Position numbers and translations under genes: made by a program. DNA of 64,000 bases from an uncultured Bacteroidales bacterium. GTDB taxonomy: Bacteria; Bacteroidota; Bacteroidia; Bacteroidales; UBA1402. The stretch covers positions 64,683 through 128,682 of the forward strand of contig CAZCWK010000002.1 of the NCBI GenBank assembly GCA_964502355.1. Reading direction: 5' to 3'. The first letter of the stretch is position 1; the number at the start of each line of letters is the position of its first letter. This document shows, in pieces, positions 1 through 8,612 of the stretch. The notes beneath the pieces were generated by a model, which saw only the letters and a list, made by a program, of their open reading frames with translations, ran no database searches and had not been told where the DNA came from.

Positions 1-1548
1 AATTAAAGAAGCAATATCTCCGTTACTGTTAAGAACAACTTTGTAAATACTGTTTTCAATAGAATTTGCAGAAACCTTAAGGCGACTTGCTTTTCCCTTT
101 CCGCCTGTTCTTATGTCATAAACTGCGTATCCCACAGGAGCAACTTCGGCGCAAAATAAAATTTCCGCTATACCATTATTCTTGTTAATTACTTGTGCAT
201 TTACTTCTTTGCCTTTAGGGTCAAAAACCCGAATGGTTTTATTTAATTGTGGAATATTAATTGATGCTTTTACCAGACCTTTATGAGAAACCGAAAGCGG
301 ATTAAAAACAATAACCGGGATACCTGAAGTGTTAGTGTTCATTTCTTTAGCTACCCTGCCGACAGATGAAGTTACAACATCGGCAAAGCAGGATTGTGAA
401 ATCAGTTCGTCATTCCATGAAAAAGTATATGCTTTGGGTATACTTGTACCTGTTAAATCATCATGAAACTGGTGCCAGATAAAACGTCGCCATGATTCAT
501 CGATTTCATCGGAAGGATATTCACTACCTGTTAAGAAATTTGCCACAACAGCGGCTTTCTCAGAAGCAACACCCAATTGTTCATTTCTTCGATTAAAACG
601 TTTCATGGCAGACTGAGAAGTATAACAACCTGTACCATGAATATCCATTAACAATTCACCATCATAAACCGGAAGTTCAGGATGATTTTTAAATGGAAGA
701 TAATCCTTAAAAAGCTGATCAGATGTAGCACTGATAATCTGGATGTCGCCATTGCCTTTTATTCCCTTTTCAACTGATATTACAGAATTGATAGTCGGAG
801 ATCCACCCTGATCACCTGTACCATAATATTTGTATGCAGTTTTATTTGCACTTCCATTTGCCAAACGACGGATGTCTCCATTATTGCTTATATCCTGGCC
901 ATCCCACGAATGAACATAATTTTCAGAGTTTAGTGATGCCATTATTTGGGATCCGTCCAGACCTTTCCACATTCCGGTAAAATAAGGCATTTTAGAATTA
1001 CCATGAAAATTGTTGTGTCTCCATTGCAATTTCTGAGTTGAAAATCCTATAAGTCCGCAATGAGATGCTATTGTTGGAAGAGTATACCCGAATCCAAAGC
1101 AATCAGGCAGAAAAATATCTGTTGACTGGACGCCAAACTCTTTTTTATAAAATTCCTGGCCTAATAAAATATTTCTGAAAAATGATTCAGGTGAAGGTAT
1201 ATTTGGATCTGTTGCATCCCAGGAGCTTCCGCTTATATGCCAGCGTCCATTTTTAATATATTCCTTTACTTTTTCATATTTTTCAGGATAATACTCTTTC
1301 ATCCATTTATACTTTATACCACCTTCGAAGTTAAAAACATAATCAGGGTATCGCTCGATTAATAAGAAATTGCGATCCATGGTATGTCGTACGAATTTAT
1401 TAATTGATGTTTGCACATCCCAATTCCACTGAGTATCAAAATGGGCATTGGATACGACATAGGCTTTGTATTGCTTTTGTGAAAATGCAGATACGCTGCA
1501 TAATACAAAGGAAAGAGTAACGATAAAACTGATTCTTCTGATTCTCAT
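1..1548 (-). CDS. Glycoside hydrolase family 38 alpha-mannosidase, N-terminal part (gene continues past the window start)
   Basis: Absent from the ORF track because it runs off the edge. Manual translation from the ATG at 1548 gives MRIRRISFIVTLSFVLCSVSAFSQKQYKAYVVSNAHFDTQWNWDVQTSINKF...GRWHISGSSWDATDPNIPSPESFFRNILLGQEFYKKEFG...FLPDCFGFGYTLP. That is a signal peptide followed by a GH38 N-domain with the AHxDxxW-type motif. Confidence 0.8.
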   Translation of the reverse strand, partial: MRIRRISFIVTLSFVLCSVSAFSQKQYKAYVVSNAHFDTQWNWDVQTSINKFVRHTMDRNFLLIERYPDYVFNFEGGIKYKWMKEYYPEKYEKVKEYIKNGRWHISGSSWDATDPNIPSPESFFRNILLGQEFYKKEFGVQSTDIFLPDCFGFGYTLPTIASHCGLIGFSTQKLQWRHNNFHGNSKMPYFTGMWKGLDGSQIMASLNSENYVHSWDGQDISNNGDIRRLANGSANKTAYKYYGTGDQGGSPTINSVISVEKGIKGNGDIQIISATSDQLFKDYLPFKNHPELPVYDGELLMDIHGTGCYTSQSAMKRFNRRNEQLGVASEKAAVVANFLTGSEYPSDEIDESWRRFIWHQFHDDLTGTSIPKAYTFSWNDELISQSCFADVVTSSVGRVAKEMNTNTSGIPVIVFNPLSVSHKGLVKASINIPQLNKTIRVFDPKGKEVNAQVINKNNGIAEILFCAEVAPVGYAVYDIRTGGKGKASRLKVSANSIENSIYKVVLNSNGDIASLI

Positions 1549-1645
1549 CTGATAAAATGAATTAATACAATTAGTATTCTACTTATTTGTGATAGAAATA
1601 TTTATTTAATATAGTTCGATAGTGACCTTCATTAAAACCAACAAT

Positions 1646-1697
1646 CATTGCCGGTCCATACGTAAATTGTTATATAAATATCTGGAAACCGGCAATG
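1646..1697 (-). terminator. Possible stem-loop downstream of the phosphoesterase gene (10-bp perfect stem, large loop)
   Basis: cattgccggt (1646-1655) is the exact reverse complement of accggcaatg (1688-1697). The loop is 32 nt and a T-rich tract follows on the minus strand. The loop is unusually large for an intrinsic terminator. Confidence 0.3.
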
Positions 1698-1725
1698 AAG
1701 TTGTAAATTATATTTAAGATATCAA

Positions 1726-3825
1726 TTACTTGATTAAAATAGTTTTTGTGAACTCATTTTGTCCTGCATTTAGTTTAACAAGATAAGCCCCTTCACTAAG
1801 ATCAGATAAATCAATATCAGCATTCGGAGATATATTCAGTTTATTAAAAACTTTAACCCCTTGTAAATTAAACACTGTTAAATTAAAGTTTTCAGGAGCA
1901 TTGATTTTTAAAATACCTTTGGTTGGATTTGGAGAAATAGAGAAATCGAATGTTGTTAAATTTTTATCTTTTAAGCCCATAGGAGTGCGTGGAGCCATTT
2001 CAACAGATTCAATTACACCTATGTAATTACCTGTAGCATCAAAATAATGTAATTTAGAGGTTGCAGTTTCAGGAGTAACTTCCAATGTCAACAAGTGATT
2101 GGAGAGACCATTATTGAAACCTGTAGGATTGTTTTGCTTATTAGTACCAGAAACTATATGAGAATAAGTTTTCGGACCTACCTGAGCATCAACATCCAAA
2201 TTGCTGCATCCACCCTGAGTGATGTATTGTACGCCATCAAGAACTCCTCTTTCATAGCCGTGCATGTGACCACTGAAAACAGCAGTAACACCATATTTCT
2301 TGCTCAACAAAGGAATATTTGTTTTTACAATTTCCATTTCAGCAGATTGCATACGTTCATAAAATGGAGCATTGTGGATGAAAATAAAGCGGAATTTAGC
2401 TTGTTTTGAAACATCAGATTTCAGGAAATTTTCCAGCCATCCATCAGGAACCAAATCTGTATTATAACGTGACCAGTCAATGGAAATGAAAACTGAGTTT
2501 CCATATTCATAAGCGAAGCTGCCACTTATTTTTGAAGCATCAGAATTATAAATTTTAGGTTGAACAATAAAATTGCGAATTATGTCAGTATCATTTGGTA
2601 TAGCATTAACATCCTTGTCTCCAAAACATTCGAAAAATGGAACCTTTGTACCTACTGTTTCCAAAACAGCAGGAATGAATACTTTTCTCAGTTCAACACT
2701 ATCATTTCCGTTAGTAGTTAAATTACCGGTGGAAAAACAGAAGTCAGGACTCAGATTATTCACTAAATAGGAGGTCATGTTCAAGAAAGGATTCAGGTTT
2801 TGACTATCACCCCAGATACCGACTGTAAACACTGCATTAGGATCTTTTGTAGCAGATTTAACACTTTGTATCATATTGGGACTGCTGTTTGAAATAGCGC
2901 GGAAATAATAGGTAGTACCAGGCTGCAATGGTTTAAGGACAGCTTTTTGGATGTAAGTATTTGCACCTGAAGGAATTGCAGTCGCAATTACCTGAGCGCC
3001 TGAAGCTTCAGCATTTGTACCAAAGTTAACCTTATTGCTACCGGGTTTAAGAAAATCGCTTTCCCACATTACAGTTACTGAATCCGGTGTTACATTTTGA
3101 ATATATGGCTTACTCAGGAATGAGCAGAATGTGCGCAATTCTTGTGCATATCCACCTAATTTTTGAGCTTCAGTTTCACTCAAAGCAGTATTATATAACC
3201 AAACATGAGCACAATCAATCTCATTGTCCTCTCCATCATTGTCTGCAAATAGCAAAGCACTGGGTTCTAATGAAAAGTTACCGTCAATCGTTTGGACATA
3301 ACCGTTCAAACCCTTGACTCCATTTATATAAACGGAGAATTCTTTACTATTATTTACAACAACGACTGCACGATTCCAGGTATTGGCTCTGACTGTCTGG
3401 CTGGTATATCCGGTAGCACCTACACCAATATTACCAAGCTTACCAAGAAACACTTCAGCATCATTTGAATTTGTCGAACTAGTTTGTAAAAATGAATAAT
3501 ATCTGCCTAATTGGCTTACTTTAAAATCAAAAACAAAAGTATAGGTATTTACAGAAGCATTTGGACTTGGAGTTATACCATGTGTAACTTTAAAATTACT
3601 GCCTTTACCTATACGTACAGCACCATCTGTCGCTGAAGGACCTTCGACAGCAGCTATTGAAGTTCCATTGGCCACTAAAGGACTGCCAATTACAGCCGCA
3701 CCTAAATCACTTGGATTGTCAAAAGTCCATTCACCTACAGGAGTAAGAGTGCTTTGAGAAAGACTTTCTGCCCAGACATTTCCAAACATCATAAGCATGA
3801 GAGAAAGGAATAAAAGTTTTTTCAT
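1726..3825 (-). CDS. Secreted LamG-like + Fn3 + calcineurin/purple-acid-phosphatase-like metallophosphoesterase with a T9SS C-terminal sorting domain
   Basis: Signal peptide MKKLLFLSLMLMMFGNVWA. Fn3-like PAP N-domain (PYIQNVTPDSVTVMWES...TTYYFRA). Metallophos motifs VGIWGDSQN, FIFIHNAPF and FSGHMHGYER. C-terminal Por tail SISPNPTKGILKI...GAYLVKLNAGQNEFTKTILIK. Confidence 0.85.
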   Translation of the reverse strand: MKKLLFLSLMLMMFGNVWAESLSQSTLTPVGEWTFDNPSDLGAAVIGSPLVANGTSIAAVEGPSATDGAVRIGKGSNFKVTHGITPSPNASVNTYTFVFDFKVSQLGRYYSFLQTSSTNSNDAEVFLGKLGNIGVGATGYTSQTVRANTWNRAVVVVNNSKEFSVYINGVKGLNGYVQTIDGNFSLEPSALLFADNDGEDNEIDCAHVWLYNTALSETEAQKLGGYAQELRTFCSFLSKPYIQNVTPDSVTVMWESDFLKPGSNKVNFGTNAEASGAQVIATAIPSGANTYIQKAVLKPLQPGTTYYFRAISNSSPNMIQSVKSATKDPNAVFTVGIWGDSQNLNPFLNMTSYLVNNLSPDFCFSTGNLTTNGNDSVELRKVFIPAVLETVGTKVPFFECFGDKDVNAIPNDTDIIRNFIVQPKIYNSDASKISGSFAYEYGNSVFISIDWSRYNTDLVPDGWLENFLKSDVSKQAKFRFIFIHNAPFYERMQSAEMEIVKTNIPLLSKKYGVTAVFSGHMHGYERGVLDGVQYITQGGCSNLDVDAQVGPKTYSHIVSGTNKQNNPTGFNNGLSNHLLTLEVTPETATSKLHYFDATGNYIGVIESVEMAPRTPMGLKDKNLTTFDFSISPNPTKGILKINAPENFNLTVFNLQGVKVFNKLNISPNADIDLSDLSEGAYLVKLNAGQNEFTKTILIK

Positions 3826-3847
3826 AGAATTATTTTTTTATTAAAAA

Positions 3848-3865
3848 TTGAGAGATTCATCTCAA
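3848..3865 (-). terminator. Rho-independent-type hairpin after the GH92 gene
   Basis: ttgaga/gattca/tctcaa forms a perfect 6-bp stem, followed on the minus strand by TTTTT. Confidence 0.45.
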
Positions 3866-3887
3866 GTATTAATTATTGAGAATTTTT

Positions 3888-6008
3888 TTAGTTGTTTTTC
3901 CTACAGTTATATTTAAGACTTCCTCCATGACGAATCTTTTCCCAGTCAATCCAATTAGAGGTAGACTTCTGATTATTAATTTCTATAGATTTAAAGTCGG
4001 TAGCCGTAAATGAACCACCTTTAATCTCTAATACATTACCGGAGAAATCGATTTTAATATTTTCAAATTGAGGCAAATTGATACTGAAACCGGCCACACC
4101 CGGTATCATAGGATAAAGTCCTATTGATGCAAAAACATACCATGCCCCCATAGATCCTGCATCATCATTTCCGGGCAATCCGTTTGGCTTGCCTGTGTAC
4201 ATCTGGCTTAGAATTCGGGAAATCACCTCAGAGGTTTTGTCAGGTTTGTCTGTCCAGTTATAAATCCATGGAACCTGAAAGTCCGGTTCATTTCCTGCAG
4301 CAAAATAATGATCATCATAACCAGCATCCAGTTGTAAAAATAGGCTATCCAGCCTCCCTGAAGCCGCTTTTTTGCCACCCATCGTATTAATCAGCGTCTT
4401 TAAATCAAAGGGTACCATCCAGAAATAATTTTCTTTTGTTGCTTCACGCCAATCCTTATCAGGATCTTTCCATGACATATCATTGTTATTTCTGGAACGA
4501 AGCCATTTTGTTAATGGATCATACAAATTTTTCCAATTCCCGGCTCTTTTTATAAAATAATCAGCCTCATTCTTATCATTCATAGCCTGCAAGGCAAACT
4601 GTCCGATTGCATAATCGGAGGATGCATATTCCAGACACAAAGAAGCGTTCTCGATACCTTTATTGATATAATTGCTCAAGCCCGGTCTGACTTCGACATT
4701 CTGACAATAAGTTCCCGGCTCCATGGCTCCACGTATCATGTGCTTATATGCGGTTTCAGTGTCAAAATCCCTGCCTCCAAAAGCATAAGTATTTGAAATT
4801 ATGACAGGAATAGGATCGCCATGCATAACGCCGGTCTCAATATTCGCAAGAACCCAGCGTCCATATCCACCGCATTGCTCTGCAAAATCTACAACTGACT
4901 GCATCATATCTGAGCTTTCTTTCGGGAATAGCATTGCTACCAATTGACATTGTGTACGATAAGTGTCCCAACCGCTATAGGTTGTATAATAATCCCTTCC
5001 TTTTTCAGTTTTATGAACATTAAAATCTGAACCCATATATTCTCCGTTTATGTCACTAAAAATATTTGGGTGAATCAACGAATGATAGAAGTGGGTATAG
5101 AATTGTTTTACACGATCGGTATTGGATGATTCAATCTTGATTTTACCAAGGCAACGGCTCCATTCATTTTCCGTGTCATTCCTTACCGTCTCAAAGTCAC
5201 GTCCTTTATTATCCAGAAAAAGGTTTTCACGCGCATTCTCAACTGATACATAAGATATCGCAATCTTATATTCAACAGTTTGATTACTTTCAGTATCAAA
5301 CGTGAAATATGCTCCTGAGTTTTTTCCACCAATAATCAACCTGCCATTTCGCATGTCGGAATTAATCCAGGTACCACAGACTTTGGCTTCACGATTGAAT
5401 TCTGCTGCAAAATATACTTTATAATCAGTCTGATAACCACAAAACTCGCCTCCTTCAGCATACCCTTCGCAGGAGTTTGGAGAAGTAATTTTTATTTGGG
5501 CATTGGATACAAAAGTTGAACTTACCCCCGAACCAATAATTACAGTACCATTTGTTTCATTGTCAGGAAATCTGAATTGAACGATACCGCTTCTCTTTGA
5601 TGTAGTGGTTTCACATATAACCTTATCCTTCATTGTAATCGAAAGGTAGCCGGCACTTGATTGATTAACAGTTTCATAGCACGGGAAAACATCTATTTTA
5701 TCTGGTGAATGCCTGAGAGTGCCGGCAATTGGCAATACAGGGAAATTTCCCATATGCGGACATCCGGCTCCTGATATTTGATTGACAACCAACCCCTTCT
5801 GTGGAGAAAAGAAAGAGGGAGTTAGTTGTATCATACCAAATGGATAGGTTGCTCCGACGAACGTATATCCGCAAGCCAGTCCCCGTCCTTCAGTACCAAT
5901 GCGTGTATCCACCAGTTGGGCATAATTTGTCTTGTATTCCGCTTTGATTACCTGGCAGGAAATAAAAACACTGAAGAATATTATAGTTATGTATGAAAAA
6001 AACTTCAT
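3888..6008 (-). CDS. Glycoside hydrolase family 92 alpha-mannosidase
   Basis: 706 aa with a signal peptide. GH92 hallmarks: VDTRIGT, YSGWDTYRTQ, GNEPDFQVPWIYNW, GLPGNDDAGSMGAWYVFASIGLYP. Confidence 0.92.
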   Translation of the reverse strand: MKFFSYITIIFFSVFISCQVIKAEYKTNYAQLVDTRIGTEGRGLACGYTFVGATYPFGMIQLTPSFFSPQKGLVVNQISGAGCPHMGNFPVLPIAGTLRHSPDKIDVFPCYETVNQSSAGYLSITMKDKVICETTTSKRSGIVQFRFPDNETNGTVIIGSGVSSTFVSNAQIKITSPNSCEGYAEGGEFCGYQTDYKVYFAAEFNREAKVCGTWINSDMRNGRLIIGGKNSGAYFTFDTESNQTVEYKIAISYVSVENARENLFLDNKGRDFETVRNDTENEWSRCLGKIKIESSNTDRVKQFYTHFYHSLIHPNIFSDINGEYMGSDFNVHKTEKGRDYYTTYSGWDTYRTQCQLVAMLFPKESSDMMQSVVDFAEQCGGYGRWVLANIETGVMHGDPIPVIISNTYAFGGRDFDTETAYKHMIRGAMEPGTYCQNVEVRPGLSNYINKGIENASLCLEYASSDYAIGQFALQAMNDKNEADYFIKRAGNWKNLYDPLTKWLRSRNNNDMSWKDPDKDWREATKENYFWMVPFDLKTLINTMGGKKAASGRLDSLFLQLDAGYDDHYFAAGNEPDFQVPWIYNWTDKPDKTSEVISRILSQMYTGKPNGLPGNDDAGSMGAWYVFASIGLYPMIPGVAGFSINLPQFENIKIDFSGNVLEIKGGSFTATDFKSIEINNQKSTSNWIDWEKIRHGGSLKYNCRKNN

Positions 6009-7358
6009 TTATTGAATTTCGTAAGATATACCTAATGCTTTAAAATTTAATTCCTTTATGCAGAATGCCCGGTTAGCCGTATTTATACCGTCTCCACTAT
6101 AAAATCCTCCTTCAGTACCAAAATACTTGTCAGCAGGTACAGGCACCACATCCGGGGTCAGAACGCTCATTACTCTGAACATAATATATCGTGGCTTGAT
6201 GCTACGGTCCACTTCTGTGAGTACACACTTGCTTTTTTGAGGATTCCCACGCGGCATGGTATATTTAAACCAACCATTACCCACCTTTGTCCATTTGCGG
6301 GTGTTGGCTTCCTTAACAAAGTTCGGATCCCTGCTACCTGACATAATATAATATCCTGTAGATCCGTATTTACCGTCATCAATAGACTCGCGTCCCCAAA
6401 TTTCAAATTTAACGATATCCCATCCGGGATAATCTAATCTACCTATGATAGAAGCTTCAGACAAGTATGTCTTAACCCCTAAATCAAAACAAAAATGTCC
6501 GGGAGCACTGATATTCTGACCCCAACATTCAGCTTCTCCATTATCAAACAAAGCCGCAACACCTTTAGCACCATAGGATGTGCCAGGATCATCATTCTTG
6601 GTCATTACCATTGGTACTATTCTTGTCTTATCTACATCATAATTCACGATTATTTGTTTGCCTGATTGAGTCACTGTTGGCAATACAATCGTATCTATTC
6701 CCATTTTATCTGATGGAAGAATATAGGTTGTAATCTTCAAATTAAGTTTATTGTAATCGCTCCAGTTCTGAATAACCAGCTTCCCTCCTGTGCCATCAAC
6801 ATCAATGACTTTCTCTTTGTCATTGTCTCCCTGATAAGTAAACCTGAACTTTACCGCCATTTTGGATGTTGAAAAGGCAATCTGTGCAGCATTATTATCA
6901 TCTACATTAATTGAGTTGACAATAATCTTTGGTTGAATTCTGGCATAAACCTGACCATAAGATGACCCATGACAAGTAACTGTCAATGATTTATTTCCCC
7001 AATCATCGGAGTTATAGATATAAAAATCATAATCCCCTTCCGGCAATGAATCGATGGTCATACGAGTGTAGTCTCCGGAAATATGATCCTTAATGTTAAA
7101 GCTTTTTTCGCACGAAACACCCTGATAATCAACCCACCTGACATTGCATTTAGTAGCTGTACGCAAATATGTGTTTTTAGTAACAATAACAACTCTGCCA
7201 TAGCCTCCAAGAGCAGTTGCAGAATCCATTCTGCCGACATAACTTGTCTCACCCATATCCAGATATTTACGTTGAGTATCTGTAATGTCAGAACATGAGG
7301 CTACTATCAATAAAACAGCCAATAGACCTATAAAAGTCAGCCATTTGTTATACTTCAT
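6009..7358 (-). CDS. PUL-associated surface lipoprotein with a discoidin-like C-terminal domain (DUF4998-type as recalled)
   Basis: Lipobox LLIVASCSD. C-terminal FCFDLGVKTYLSEASIIGRLDYPGWDIVKFEIWG resembles F5/8 type C. The start was chosen at MKYNKW (7358); the ORF track allows 7379. The stop abuts the GH92 start with zero gap. Confidence 0.7.
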   Translation of the reverse strand: MKYNKWLTFIGLLAVLLIVASCSDITDTQRKYLDMGETSYVGRMDSATALGGYGRVVIVTKNTYLRTATKCNVRWVDYQGVSCEKSFNIKDHISGDYTRMTIDSLPEGDYDFYIYNSDDWGNKSLTVTCHGSSYGQVYARIQPKIIVNSINVDDNNAAQIAFSTSKMAVKFRFTYQGDNDKEKVIDVDGTGGKLVIQNWSDYNKLNLKITTYILPSDKMGIDTIVLPTVTQSGKQIIVNYDVDKTRIVPMVMTKNDDPGTSYGAKGVAALFDNGEAECWGQNISAPGHFCFDLGVKTYLSEASIIGRLDYPGWDIVKFEIWGRESIDDGKYGSTGYYIMSGSRDPNFVKEANTRKWTKVGNGWFKYTMPRGNPQKSKCVLTEVDRSIKPRYIMFRVMSVLTPDVVPVPADKYFGTEGGFYSGDGINTANRAFCIKELNFKALGISYEIQ

Positions 7359-7393
7359 AATGTTATAATTTAGTATCATATCTATTTATTCAA

Positions 7394-8590
7394 TTATCTC
7401 CATTGAGCCCAAAAACTTAATTCAGAGAAACAAATTGAGTTCCCTCCATTAAAGGCATCATAGTATTTTATACGGAAGTACCTGATTGCAGGGCGTGGAA
7501 ATGGTGTATCTATGGTAAACATTACACCTTTTTCAGCAGCTTGAACATCTTCAGTAGTCGAAGGTTCTCCAAACGGACGTCCTGATGGTCGTTTCAGTTC
7601 AAAAGTCTTGTCATTTAATTTTGTCCAACCCTCCAGAGGACTGGCATAATTTACAGGTGGCAATTGTAGGGCTCCGTATACATCAAAATGAAGTGGGTTA
7701 GCACCATTAAATACACCACGTTGTTGCAGTAAGATACGTCCTACAGGCACAGTATCACCCAGATCTATACAGAAATATTTCGGGAAAGTACAACCGGGAC
7801 CGGTGGATGCAAAGTTCCATTCACCTATAACATCATCCCATAAAGTTTCAGGTCTGCCACTCCATGAATACCAGTCGTCAGTATCCACCACCTTAGGTTT
7901 TCCTACATACTTGAACAATTTCTTATTCAGATATTCCTCTCTCCAGGGTTTCTCTTCAAACTCCAAAGTGCTGGATGTATTCCCGAATTTATCCCTTACG
8001 AATACTCCGAATTTATTGGAGTCATTGGGAAGTCCCACCACCTGATAAGTTCCCTTTGCTTGTGAAAATACTCTTGCCTGATAAAATATCAATTTTTGAG
8101 AAACACTGTCTTTTCTTAAAAAGTATATAGACAATTCTGATTTGGAAGGATTCTCGAAATCTACTCTGAAACCACCAAAATCGACATTTACCTTAAGGCT
8201 TTTACTCATGACATTCACCGGAGATTCTTCAGGATAAATTGTTACACGCACAGGATCGGATAGATTGCCGCTCTTGTCAACGCAATATAAATCCACATCA
8301 TAATTCTTTCTATCAGGAAGTCCTTCCAGAATAAGATCAGTGTTATATTGTGAAGAAAGTGCACTTTTCTTATCATCGCCAATATAGTATTCTGCCATTA
8401 CATAAGACAGGTCTTTGTCAAGCGGAAGGACATATGTGAATCTAGCTCCACCCGGTAAAGCTGTATAAGTGACATCTGTTAAAACTCCGGGAGGAGTATC
8501 ATCTTTTGGACCAAATGGCCTTAACAGGTCATCATCAGAGCAAGCAAAAAATGAAGCTACTACACTAATTATCAATATTATTTTTTTCAT
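7394..8590 (-). CDS. PUL-associated surface lipoprotein (DUF4959/DUF5000-type as recalled) with a discoidin-like C-terminus
   Basis: Lipobox SFFACSDD. PPGVLTDVTYTALPGGARFTY is the motif typical of the proteins that follow SusD. C-terminal YFCIDLGDTVPVGRILLQQRG...HFDVYG. Confidence 0.7.
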   Translation of the reverse strand: MKKIILIISVVASFFACSDDDLLRPFGPKDDTPPGVLTDVTYTALPGGARFTYVLPLDKDLSYVMAEYYIGDDKKSALSSQYNTDLILEGLPDRKNYDVDLYCVDKSGNLSDPVRVTIYPEESPVNVMSKSLKVNVDFGGFRVDFENPSKSELSIYFLRKDSVSQKLIFYQARVFSQAKGTYQVVGLPNDSNKFGVFVRDKFGNTSSTLEFEEKPWREEYLNKKLFKYVGKPKVVDTDDWYSWSGRPETLWDDVIGEWNFASTGPGCTFPKYFCIDLGDTVPVGRILLQQRGVFNGANPLHFDVYGALQLPPVNYASPLEGWTKLNDKTFELKRPSGRPFGEPSTTEDVQAAEKGVMFTIDTPFPRPAIRYFRIKYYDAFNGGNSICFSELSFWAQWR

Positions 8591-8612
8591 ATGATTTATA
8601 ACTTTACTAATA

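Noticed and set aside
2095-3317. Plus-strand ORFs (104, 65, 76 aa) inside the phosphoesterase gene. The track lists many similar 60-120 aa ORFs antisense to long genes, e.g. 4184-4390, 7083-7298, 13525-13827, 16662-17024, 19146-19469, 31817-32170, 59736-60077.
   Set aside because: Each is fully embedded antisense in, or out of frame with, a long ORF that has clear family motifs. They have low-complexity or odd composition and no recognisable domains. They are shadow ORFs, typical of AT-rich genomes.
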